A stretch of 64,000 nucleotides of DNA, from positions 1 through 64,000 of the IMG/VR virus record IMGVR_UViG_3300022696_000117; one strand, given 5' to 3'. The translations under genes were made by a program, and so were the position numbers. Positions 57,001-64,000 of this stretch are shown here, one piece after another. The notes under the pieces are model-generated. The model had not been told where the DNA came from. It was given only the letters and a program-made list of their open reading frames with translations, and did not search any database. Source of the DNA: a virus. Position 1 is the first letter of the stretch. Each line of letters begins with the position of its first letter.

Positions 57001-60000
57001 AGAGACCAGGTCGCTTAGGCTTTTGGACTCATCGATGATATCCAGAACCCGGTCTTCAAACGGAATGCCGGTTTCGGCTTCGAAGGAAACCATGAACTTG
57101 GTGGCCATCTTGCCGATCTCGGCAGCCACGTCATACCCTGCCTCAACTGTTTTCAGCGCGGCTTCATCGAAAGGTATCCCGTCGTCAGAAACGAACATAG
57201 CCGTGAAGTAGGATTTCAGGCTGTTGATCTTCTCGGACGTGTTCTGGGCGAGAGAAAGGATTTCCCGACTTTCCTCGGACAGGTTTGCGCCGCCCTCTCC
57301 CTTGAAGAGAGTCGTGAAGGTAGCCTTGATGTTGTCTATCTGCTCAGACGTACCTTTTATCCGCCCGTAAACGGACTGGATCGTCTCGAACAGGGGCTTT
57401 TCATCCTTGTCTGCGTCTCCGATAAAGGCGACCTTGAAGATGTTTTTGGCCGCAAACATCTTGCCGATGGTGCTTTTGTAGAGACCGAACGCCTTGGTCA
57501 TGGCCCCGGTCATCAACTCGAAAACAGATGGCCACTCCTTCACATCACCGGCTGCTTCGATTTCAAGGGTGATCGGATCTTTCTGTATTTCCTTCTGGCC
57601 GTCCTTGATGGTTTTGCGGATCTCTTCTATGGCCTTGTCGACCGGTAAGCCCCCGGATGTCTGGAAGTCGACATTGACGACCGAATCGGTCTCTTCGGCA
57701 TCCTTTCTGAGGTCACCGAGTTCGGCCTGGATCTCTTCGATTTTTTCACCGAGGAGCTTTGTGTCTGAAGCAGTCCCGGTGAACACCAGATTGATATTGC
57801 CGTCTACAGCGGTGTCAGCCCTGAACTGGTTGATGTATCCGGTCATTTCCTCGAATGTTTCTTTGAGCCGGGATGTGTTCAGGGTGAACGGGGTCTGGCT
57901 GATCTCCTCTATTTTTTTGCGGTATCCCTCAAGGATGGCTTCGGTCTGCTGGATCTCGCCCCTGATGGCGTCCATCTGGGTTTTGAATTCGGCTCTTTGC
58001 TTTTCGAGGATGGCAACAGCCGCTTCGTGGCTTTTGGTGATGCCCTCCTTGGCCGCGTCGGCTGTCTGCTCGACCGAAGCAATGGTCTTTCCGGATTCAT
58101 CAACCACGTCCCGGGCCAGGCCCTTGAACATGGATTGGGCCTCTCGGACCATCTCAGCGTTCTGAGTTTTGATGCCTTCCGCCAGGAGCCGGTTGGCCTC
58201 TTCACGATCGTTCAGCCACCGCTCCTCGTCGGACATGGTTTTCTGTTGAACGTCCCGCATGTCCTCCATGTAGGACTTGTTTACATTCTCGATCGCTTCG
58301 TTGGTGGACTCTACCTGGCCGCGGAGCCGATCATACTGGCCCTCCAGCTCCCGAATGTGACCGGATACGATGCTCTTGACCTTGTCGTAGGCCCTCCGGA
58401 TACCGGCAACATATTTCTCGTTGACCACCTCCATGTAGCCGATAATTCTGCCCTCGGCCTCCTGGCGGGAGATGGATGCCTTGCGGTACTCCCTGACGGT
58501 CTGATCGATGAAGCCCCTGACTATCTGGACCGCCTTCTGCTCACGGTCCTGGACCGCATCGAGCATCTTGTTGTTTTCGAGCATGTAATCCGCATACTCT
58601 TTTGCCCTGAGCGCGGCCATACTTTCGATCCGGTCCTTCTCGGCCAGGTTCAACTCTTCGGCCCGGTCCTTGAACTGAGAGATCCTCGACCCCAGATTCT
58701 TGTTGAATTCGACGAATCCTACTTTGTCCGCCGCCGACATGTCGTCGATCATTCGTCGGTAGTCTCTGGGAAGCTCCTGGACTGAAGATCGAAACGTGGC
58801 TGCTACACGGCCCACCCTTCCTTCAACCTCTGCGATCGCTGACAACATGGCATCGGCCAGGTCCCTCGCCACTTCAGGACCCACACGCATCGAGTTTATC
58901 ATTTTCAGAATCTCGACACGGTTCATCCCGTACTTCTGGTTCAGGACCAAAAAGGTTTTGGCCAAGTCCCTTATGTTGTCCTTATAGTTTTCAGTGGCCT
59001 CATCAAGCTGTTCTATTAGAACTTTCTGGCCTGGAGCCGCCAGAAGGGGGGATAGGTTTTCGCTCGGCATGGCAGCTGTTCGCTGCCGCTCCATCATGTC
59101 GTATAGAGCCTGAAGCGATTTGGCTTGCTCATCGAGTTCGCCGGTTATTTTGACTTTCTCAACCTCAAGCATGGCTTCTGCGAGCTTCGGATAAGCTAAA
59201 GAGGCGAGGTCGACAACCCCCAGAAGGTCTCTTAGGCTTTCGGCAAGAGATCCTTGTTCCTTTGAGAATCTTTCAAGCATGTTTTCGTATGAATCGTCCG
59301 GCCTCTTTGAGAGCTCTTCGAGTGTTCTCCGGTAAAAAGAAAGGGTCTCCGCACTTTCTTTGAACGCGATGGCCTGAATTCTCGCCTCTTCAGATGTCCT
59401 CTGAAGCGCCGTGCTAAACCTATTGAGGATGATCAACAGGCCGGATATTGCCGTGGTCCATACAATGAAAGGGTTGGCCTGGAGCGCCCGCATGAGCCCT
59501 CTCTTGGCCCATATGGCTGCTCCGGCGGCACCGAAAGACGTGGCTACCCTGGTGAGGTGCTTAGCAAATACAACGATTGCTGTCCCTGCGAAGGCTTTAT
59601 TGAGAAACTGAGCCGCTTTAGCAAGGCTGGCGATCCCTGCCGTAGCAAGCCCAAGCTGAGTCACCAGCCCCCCGAAATCGCTTTTTACGAAACTTTCAAG
59701 GCCCGTGAAAACCACCTTCATGGTATCGGCCAAAACGCCGAATGCGCCTGCGAGACCTCTTTCACCAATAGCAATCGCAAGGTTGCCGGCCCGGTCGGCC
59801 GCATTCTTGAACTTGACCGCGAGGCCAAGGGCCTGGGTGTCAGCCATCTCCATGGCGGTCCCAAGGCGCTTGACCATGTCCATGGCCTCGTCGTATTTGC
59901 CGCTCATGAATGCTTCTGTGATGGCGGCGGCTGCCTGGGCGCCACGAAGCCGGAAGTAATCGTAGGCCTTGCCCATGTCTACGGCGCCCTTGGCGTTGTC

Positions 60001-61518
60001 CCACAAAAGGCCGGATAGATTCTCCAAAACCTTTTCATATCCGATCAACTTCGGATTAAGGTCTTCGAGGGCCACGCCCTGGGCCTGAAGGGCAGCAGCC
60101 ATTTTATCGGTAGGGGCCAGCATTTTGGCGATTACCTGCCGGAGGCCCGTACCGATGGTAGACGCCCGCATACCATTATTTGCAAGAACCATCATGGAGG
60201 CTGCGACCTCTTCCAGAGAGACTCCTGCCTGCGAAGCCGAGATGCCTACGTAGTTGAAGGATGTCCGGAGCTTATCGACTGTCAGTTTCGACTTGTTGAT
60301 GGCGTTGGCGAAAACATCCGCGATCCGGTTCGCCTCCTTGGCCTCGATGTTGAAGGCCCGCATCGTGGAGGTGACCAGATCGGCGGTGGTCGCCATGTCG
60401 GTGAGCGTACCGGTGGCGAGGTTGGCGACGGCCTGGATGGTCTCGATGGCTTCACCGGCTGACAGACCGGCCTGGGCCAGAAGCACCATGCCTTCGCCGA
60501 TCTCGGTGGAGGAAAACTTCGTTTCTCTGGCGATATCGAGCATCTTCGTCGACATCGCCTCGATCTCATGGATGGTGGCGCCGCTGATGGCCTGGAGGTT
60601 TTTCAGGGCCTGGTCGAAGTCGATGATGGCGCTGGTTCCGGCTCTGAGCGCATTGATAAAACCGAAGACCACCGTGGCCGAAGCCATGAAGGTGGCGTAT
60701 TCCTTGAATTTGTGGATCACCTTGCCGAGGATGCTCTCCTGTTTGCCGAGGGCTTCGGTGACCTTGTCGGTGCTGGCCTTCGCTTTATCCGCGGATGCTC
60801 CGGTTCGGGCTTGGATGTTATTCAGAAGCCCCATTGCCGAGTGCATCTTCTGAGCCTGGGTGATCTGCCTTTGGGTGGCGGCGGATAGCTGATCGTAAGC
60901 CAGCGTTATCTTGCCGAGACCTGCGGCTCCGGTCCCGGCCGCAGAGGCGAAAGCCCCGAACATCCCAAGGGACTTCTGGCTTTGAGCGATCCATCGGGTG
61001 AGCCCGGCGACAGATTTGTCGATCTGTCCGGTGAACGCAGCCATGGACGCCCTGGCTAGGACAGCACCCTGAGAGATGCGGCCCATCTCCTGGGTCCACT
61101 TGGCTGACCCCCTGGCGATCCCCTGAACCTTCTGGAGGTATTGATCGAACCCGGCCCTTACCTTGGCCAGGTTTTTGTCGGTTTGAAGGACGACGTTGGC
61201 AGCCGTCCGGTTGGCTGTTGAAAACTTGTTGATGCCCTGGGTTACGGCCTTGAAGGCGTTTTCGTAGGCCTTGCCGCGTTTGGACATCTGCATCAGAGAT
61301 TTGTCAAATTCTGATGTTGCGGATACGGCTTTTTTTATTTCGCTGGAGCTACGCCCGATTTTCGCAAAAGCGTTGGAAATTTCAACGGCGGCGGCGCTGA
61401 CTGTCTTCGCTTTCGCTTCTATTTTGCCGAAAGCTTTGTCGACTGATATAAGCTCATCTAGAAGCGTTTTTGCATTGGCTTCAAATATCGCCCCTAATGT
61501 AACCGTGGTGTCGCTCAT
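50995..61518 (-). CDS. tape measure protein, ~3507 aa (TP901-type core)
   Basis: FDQALKNLQAISGAT...LAQAG...ANNGMRASTIGTGLR; C-terminal YATGGRVPGSGTGDTVPAMLTPNEHV; start 61518 inferred (ORF open to 61587). Confidence 0.95.
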   Translation of the reverse strand: MSDTTVTLGAIFEANAKTLLDELISVDKAFGKIEAKAKTVSAAAVEISNAFAKIGRSSSEIKKAVSATSEFDKSLMQMSKRGKAYENAFKAVTQGINKFSTANRTAANVVLQTDKNLAKVRAGFDQYLQKVQGIARGSAKWTQEMGRISQGAVLARASMAAFTGQIDKSVAGLTRWIAQSQKSLGMFGAFASAAGTGAAGLGKITLAYDQLSAATQRQITQAQKMHSAMGLLNNIQARTGASADKAKASTDKVTEALGKQESILGKVIHKFKEYATFMASATVVFGFINALRAGTSAIIDFDQALKNLQAISGATIHEIEAMSTKMLDIARETKFSSTEIGEGMVLLAQAGLSAGEAIETIQAVANLATGTLTDMATTADLVTSTMRAFNIEAKEANRIADVFANAINKSKLTVDKLRTSFNYVGISASQAGVSLEEVAASMMVLANNGMRASTIGTGLRQVIAKMLAPTDKMAAALQAQGVALEDLNPKLIGYEKVLENLSGLLWDNAKGAVDMGKAYDYFRLRGAQAAAAITEAFMSGKYDEAMDMVKRLGTAMEMADTQALGLAVKFKNAADRAGNLAIAIGERGLAGAFGVLADTMKVVFTGLESFVKSDFGGLVTQLGLATAGIASLAKAAQFLNKAFAGTAIVVFAKHLTRVATSFGAAGAAIWAKRGLMRALQANPFIVWTTAISGLLIILNRFSTALQRTSEEARIQAIAFKESAETLSFYRRTLEELSKRPDDSYENMLERFSKEQGSLAESLRDLLGVVDLASLAYPKLAEAMLEVEKVKITGELDEQAKSLQALYDMMERQRTAAMPSENLSPLLAAPGQKVLIEQLDEATENYKDNIRDLAKTFLVLNQKYGMNRVEILKMINSMRVGPEVARDLADAMLSAIAEVEGRVGRVAATFRSSVQELPRDYRRMIDDMSAADKVGFVEFNKNLGSRISQFKDRAEELNLAEKDRIESMAALRAKEYADYMLENNKMLDAVQDREQKAVQIVRGFIDQTVREYRKASISRQEAEGRIIGYMEVVNEKYVAGIRRAYDKVKSIVSGHIRELEGQYDRLRGQVESTNEAIENVNKSYMEDMRDVQQKTMSDEERWLNDREEANRLLAEGIKTQNAEMVREAQSMFKGLARDVVDESGKTIASVEQTADAAKEGITKSHEAAVAILEKQRAEFKTQMDAIRGEIQQTEAILEGYRKKIEEISQTPFTLNTSRLKETFEEMTGYINQFRADTAVDGNINLVFTGTASDTKLLGEKIEEIQAELGDLRKDAEETDSVVNVDFQTSGGLPVDKAIEEIRKTIKDGQKEIQKDPITLEIEAAGDVKEWPSVFELMTGAMTKAFGLYKSTIGKMFAAKNIFKVAFIGDADKDEKPLFETIQSVYGRIKGTSEQIDNIKATFTTLFKGEGGANLSEESREILSLAQNTSEKINSLKSYFTAMFVSDDGIPFDEAALKTVEAGYDVAAEIGKMATKFMVSFEAETGIPFEDRVLDIIDESKSLSDLVSNLGSTFTTDFLSADGLATTAKMGEVAKSAEGLAGLIEGLVSTFTVSFMGENNSVKPLTEKIKDMEGGIMGMARRVGRVVTSFITKFTDGEGNPLSSTLKWVKENILEASKYVKGKASEFKIKFSSENGKPITQRISETLKGFEGLKQVIGTLGAVFSVRFWTKDGAPLEEQMEHIKKRMKLLSDSINETITKFRAKFETEEGISFGGIVEWVKGKFKALSDYINKTTAEMTADIKIGGMPLSEGLSWAKDQFMSLVKFIGGLLVSFIAEFSDATGIPLDDAIEKMMGKFSEASGTISGMKTAFEVFVSDEGQKMPIEDKLRAVMGDVEKTQNTINAAKAALKIGVVAAKTGAPIPEEAKKALMAATALVTKVNDLKATLTFGILGDDGRPVEEQAADMIDSVGGALITVQKIGEKFGIDMPKALIGAYETAEKLRDGLSSAAESASGFFSKIGGSGAVKAISGFFNLGPAVAEASKELDTLGKKADALSGEKKVEISVEGGDELSNLYAQFRGEGSLLDRAKAGAALFRIAFTGSDGTTEGVPVSEQVDLLKENLNKFSTWTGRLKTGLSIFFGTDEGDSFTDGVKKNISKATSFSKSVGNINAIMRLGIETEDGDDPIAFASNVVHSIRGIFKKADKNAEKVKTFFTDGAGKPVGDAIDATEAKLEEFSDSVKKHSPNFVVNLVTDEGEKTPEDRLDEFLFFSEKFKASLSKLNTNFTMRFIADNGEPLIDKILNTGKELRQLAEDAYHMGARYIISLVGQDGEDFLVGLNKKLDEAEGIALGFVSTIGDSFRAVIDNTVGYFSPKWADALGAMSSIFEAWTKKSIGMMANVGKVFTLGFDLKTSISDKAEIAAEKVKTALTDALTAPAKIASDAKNGISAAFVDFMDKNKSVVAGIKLGIKGLQEYFKFAQRPFKVMASSADLARKAITGLSEIGRTAFAKLSTHGSSAAKAFTAMVAKVPGLSTGLAKIAGAAATVASKFNMVMAAVQAFFIGWDLGRIIGDMDLFGTLPMKVNDYTMKAYGYIHAFLLDVKKSFAEAMAWITDQIPGLGLVSGFFNRIKSETETSLEEVERTIKDINPLEAMLDDNVVDSVAVRMKRAMETISKGLVAKAVVWFRGRGSSETDLSEKTEEMTGLTREFEREANALRPRIVTSFVGEDGEPAKKSFWQTILEFLGIVKEGTQKVNDAMPKKSLFEKLFDWSKTGSRDHRVLKSTYNEFEEFYGKLDSRRKISFEKFFADTKSEAIAYQNKAKSMKHTEEEISATVQSIWRERFEAFKKIAEDEMKVTRQASIQNVLDDIAAKTKRIQEESSKKIEAYQNEITELERLKVEAESTFLKKEISGFSPKNSPLYKALNESIGVLSEMSEEEIRIAKEAHAEKVRVYLGTLSTEEKYARGKELFLASLKESIGDYSKLSGEEIDAAKKQNAALAQYYGIVPDVSQVQTIEDKIRAINLKMAQERVSAIRESLGLAATALDDYAAKEKDAAARSLGIKKDALNKETAATAEAITDQERLDLEYAIERHKFWSMNEGLIDKHNQDVLAGTKRFYIDMETLEKEANEAKKRLYESDAQNRVQGAEKKKKIVVDVAKEMTKAEKQYAEEVKDIDEQVLRAKKKHYEEARQALKSELEASLQMEKDVANEILDIRRGLAEEQKSVEEWLRDQKREGMSEQAAYEDKWAEINEKYNKAVAMGNDRYEEKIKLIKEAMNAAKGMTGEIKDEEKVIISAERARSRSTEAVKKMFSTLKSEEEGRIKVLERAQAKTEEHTATLQKTLAVTDGRLEAIGKRLEQEVNAGLDRAREKAGEFMDKLESGTKFELDTTEAEGKLKKLAKMAKDITSKMGDTPLKYATGGRVPGSGTGDTVPAMLTPNEHVIDVPTVQNFGGHGFFNWLRSRSKSDAKDIMSSFVQKFSLGGPVKPVMPKISVPKMVPQFTQQVVQHFATGGAVRPAQEATNMGKMDLTLGNTTVQVYDRVDQIEQFKEQIRMEKRRRPNDFAMGY

Positions 61519-61630
61519 CGCGTCGCATATCCGGGCCCTCCCTTTGGGGCGATCCCTTATGTGGATGGGGAGGGGGAAGCCGGCCAAGGGTAAACCGGCG
61601 TTCGGGAGCTACCCTATCCCCCAAGCTGGA

Positions 61631-62050
61631 TCAGTGAAGGACCGTACCGATGAATCTTTTGTGCTCCATCCGGAGCTGTTCGGACCATTCCTTCCGTTCT
61701 TCTTTGGTCAGGTGCTCGTAAGTCCGAGGATCCCCGGGAACACAATCCCGATATTTCGGGCTCACGTATGTCATCGGATCTTCCTTCTTTTGATCTGAGG
61801 CGCCGCCATCCACTTTTGCACCGTGGATACCGGCCTCAAACTTCATCCGTTCGACTTCACGTTTCTGGCCGTGGGTCGTAAGCACCTCGATCTGGCCTAT
61901 CGTCAAGCCGCCTTCGAGGAAGCTTCGTTGGTAGATGTCTCGGAGGGTGTATCCGGGGTATCGTTCGAGGACATAGGTGCAGGCTTCTTCGAATGAGTAC
62001 CCTCCGCCTTCCGTTCGAAGAGGTGCCTGTACTTGTCCGCCAGCAAAGGG
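61631..62050 (-). CDS. tail assembly chaperone 'T' segment, -1 frame
   Basis: -1 frame is open from ~62057 to 61631 (...YSFEEACTYVLERYPGYTLRDIY..FLEGGLTIGQI...). Confidence 0.7.
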   Translation of the reverse strand, partial: PFAGGQVQAPLRTEGGGYSFEEACTYVLERYPGYTLRDIYQRSFLEGGLTIGQIEVLTTHGQKREVERMKFEAGIHGAKVDGGASDQKKEDPMTYVSPKYRDCVPGDPRTYEHLTKEERKEWSEQLRMEHKRFIGTVLH

Positions 62051-62412
62051 GCTTTTTCAATCGCCCGCTGATAGTTTACCTCGAAAATGATTTCCATCAC
62101 CTCCAGAAACTGATCGTTATCAATCTCCTCCAGGAGGTCTTCGCCCTTGTGTTCGCCGCAGGTGGCCAGGGTGAGGCTTTCGGCAGAGTTTCGTTGAAGC
62201 GTTCCGACGATGGTGGTCACCCAGGCCATGGGGTTTCTGGCATCATCGGTGGTCATGCTCATGGCGCTGTTGAATGCGTCGGTGATCAAATCGGTCATTC
62301 GAAACTGGCCGGCGACCGACAACGGATACAGGGTGATGGTCATCGGGTTTCGGATTCCGATATCAAGGGTTTTGACCTTCGGGTTCAGTTTTGCAGCATC
62401 GTCTCCAGGCAT
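61903..62412 (-). CDS. tail assembly chaperone 'G'
   Basis: Between the tail tube and tape measure genes; AAGGAG RBS. Confidence 0.78.
   Translation of the reverse strand: MPGDDAAKLNPKVKTLDIGIRNPMTITLYPLSVAGQFRMTDLITDAFNSAMSMTTDDARNPMAWVTTIVGTLQRNSAESLTLATCGEHKGEDLLEEIDNDQFLEVMEIIFEVNYQRAIEKAPLLADKYRHLFERKAEGTHSKKPAPMSSNDTPDTPSETSTNEASSKAA
62044..62050 (-). promoter_or_regulatory. -1 ribosomal frameshift slippery site C CCT TTG
   Basis: X XXY YYZ heptamer in the correct phase, just after GAA AAA. Confidence 0.65.
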
Positions 62413-62494
62413 ATGCTTTTCTCCTTATAAGGCCGGCTCGCCCACCTGGTATCCAAATGGGAAAGCCGGATTCAAAAAAAATGGGACAAAAAAA

Positions 62495-63415
62495 TTACGC
62501 AGCCTGCTGGAAGTAGATCCGTCCGAGCGGCCCGATGCCGTCGGTGAGGTTCAGGTTCCAGGCAGCGTTACCGCCGCTGATGTCTTCATGGGCCTGAGAA
62601 CCCTGGAAGACGATCGGGACGTTGGATTCCTGCTCGGCCTGGGCCGCGTCTATACCTGAACTCGACTGCGCCCGGGGCAGGATGATGATCATCTTGTGGC
62701 CGTCGGCGTACTCGAAGATCGCTTCGACCCGCACGTAGGCCGGCTGTCCGCCGACACCGAGCGGAATGGAGCCCTGATCCACGTTGCCATACAGGGCGGT
62801 GCCGGTCTCGGCCTTGGTTGTCCAGAAAGTGAAGCTATCATCTGCGGTCCAGGTTCCGGTGAAAAAACTGGCAGGGATGGTGAAGTAGGGGTTTCCGTCA
62901 TTATCCGGAGCCATCTCGGAGTCGAGCGCCGCGAAGGTGTAAACCACTCCGCTTTTTTCTCCGATGATTTTGCCGGCCGTGGCACCGGTGAAAAACACGG
63001 TGAACCTATCGTTCACCGCACCGCCGGCATCGTCGACCGTAATATCTCCGGTGGTGGTCCCGGCATCCGAATTCGTCTCTCCGACATGGATGGCGGCGGA
63101 GACATCCCCGATCGGGTCCAGGCCGTTGGCCAGGGCGTAGTTGAACGGCTTGTGCTCCAGGAAGGCACACTCAACGGAAGCCATAGTGGACAGGGCTTCG
63201 ACGCCGTCAAGGTTCTTCGGGGTCCCGGACTCGTAGTTGTAATTCTCCCGGGTGGCCGTCAGCTTGGTCGATGCCATGGCGCCGATGGAGTTGGCCGCGG
63301 CCAGACAGGGCAGGGGGTTGGAAATGTTCGCGGCGGATTTCCCGACACGAATCTGCATGAATCCAAGGTTTCTGGATTCTACGTTCTTTGATACCGGTCC
63401 TCTTGAGGTAGACAT
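62495..63415 (-). CDS. major tail tube protein with an inserted decoration domain
   Basis: Synteny; LGFMQIRVG...SIGAMAST...RVEAIF...IILPRAQ. Confidence 0.75.
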   Translation of the reverse strand: MSTSRGPVSKNVESRNLGFMQIRVGKSAANISNPLPCLAAANSIGAMASTKLTATRENYNYESGTPKNLDGVEALSTMASVECAFLEHKPFNYALANGLDPIGDVSAAIHVGETNSDAGTTTGDITVDDAGGAVNDRFTVFFTGATAGKIIGEKSGVVYTFAALDSEMAPDNDGNPYFTIPASFFTGTWTADDSFTFWTTKAETGTALYGNVDQGSIPLGVGGQPAYVRVEAIFEYADGHKMIIILPRAQSSSGIDAAQAEQESNVPIVFQGSQAHEDISGGNAAWNLNLTDGIGPLGRIYFQQAA

Positions 63416-63436
63416 AGTTCAGTCCTCCTGAAAAAA

Positions 63437-63898
63437 TTAAATGGTGTTTGCCCATCTCGCCCGAACCGTGAGCGGCGAGACCTTGGTTTGATCAATACCC
63501 TTGAAATTCGGCCCTGGATCGACACGATCTATCATGAGGTGACCGATCTCGGTCCAGGGCGAAACTGTTGTGTCGTAAAGCGGGACCGCTTTGATGCCGT
63601 TGGCCTTGGCCGGGTCCACGAGGTATTTCATGACGGTGTCCTTCAGCCTGGCCCCTTCGATTCCTTCAGGATCTTCCTGGGTGCAGCAGAAGACCGTCCA
63701 CACCGCGGCAGGAAGGTCCGACGCATACGGATCGATGGTTTCCACGTTCACCACGATCCACTTGGTCCAGCCATCCACGGCTTCGATTCCAGCGTCGAAC
63801 AGCACCTTGATTTCTTCGGTCGTTTCCAGGTTATCGACATGGAATTTGACCAAAGAGAGTTTCAAGTTGAGCTCGCTCGAATCGGCAGGCAGGCTCAT
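63437..63898 (-). CDS. tail terminator / completion protein
   Basis: Size and position directly upstream of the tube gene. Confidence 0.55.
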   Translation of the reverse strand: MSLPADSSELNLKLSLVKFHVDNLETTEEIKVLFDAGIEAVDGWTKWIVVNVETIDPYASDLPAAVWTVFCCTQEDPEGIEGARLKDTVMKYLVDPAKANGIKAVPLYDTTVSPWTEIGHLMIDRVDPGPNFKGIDQTKVSPLTVRARWANTI

Positions 63899-64000
63899 CT
63901 CTTGACAGCCCTCCGAATCATTTCCTGTTCACTGAACTTTTTCGGCTTCCCGCTGAGAACCGCTTTCTTGATGTGGTCCCGTTCTTTCTGGAGCTTTTTC

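Larger units (their letters stand above)
1..64000. mobile_element. Large temperate siphovirus-like phage genome segment, non-integrated form
   Basis: TerL, TerS-like, tail tube, chaperone, tape measure, integrase, Xis, primase-helicase and SSB are present; no host housekeeping genes; att core flanked by phage genes on both sides. Confidence 0.93.

Noticed and set aside
51014-63905. Long plus-strand ORFs opposite the tail genes (e.g. 51175..52290, 56351..57211)
   Set aside because: Antisense shadows of GC-rich coding sequence with no motifs

Overview
All 64 kb look like one large temperate tailed phage (siphovirus-like, with no sheath gene next to the tail tube). It is seen in its non-integrated form: an attP made of the 3' half of tRNA-Arg(UCU) has phage genes on both sides. 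Layout: (1) a leftward early/accessory arm (1-10.9 kb) with an AAA ATPase, DUF3150-like protein, beta clamp, ParB, a probable AcrIII-1/DUF1874-like ring nuclease and many small ORFs, preceded by a ~1.2 kb hairpin-rich non-coding tract; (2) an AT-rich control island (12.6-15.1 kb) with three 38-bp repeats, an RHH gene, a sigma-like gene, a chromosome-type parS, three palindromes and an isolated TerS; (3) a leftward replication/nucleotide operon (15.7-26.5 kb) with a GGTTACA iteron origin, a primase-helicase and a repressor; (4) a rightward recombination operon (26.9-40.8 kb) with HU, a Rad50/SbcC-like ATPase split into two genes, UvrD, an SF2 helicase, Xis, a single integron-type cassette with attC, an integrase, attP and TerL; (5) a leftward tail module (40.8-64 kb) with a ~3500-aa tape measure and a -1 frameshifted chaperone. 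The best novelty candidates are the long structured RNA leading into a putative anti-CRISPR operon, the integron cassette inside a phage, terL sitting next to attP and far from terS, and the split Rad50. All protein calls come from motifs read by eye; no database searches were run.
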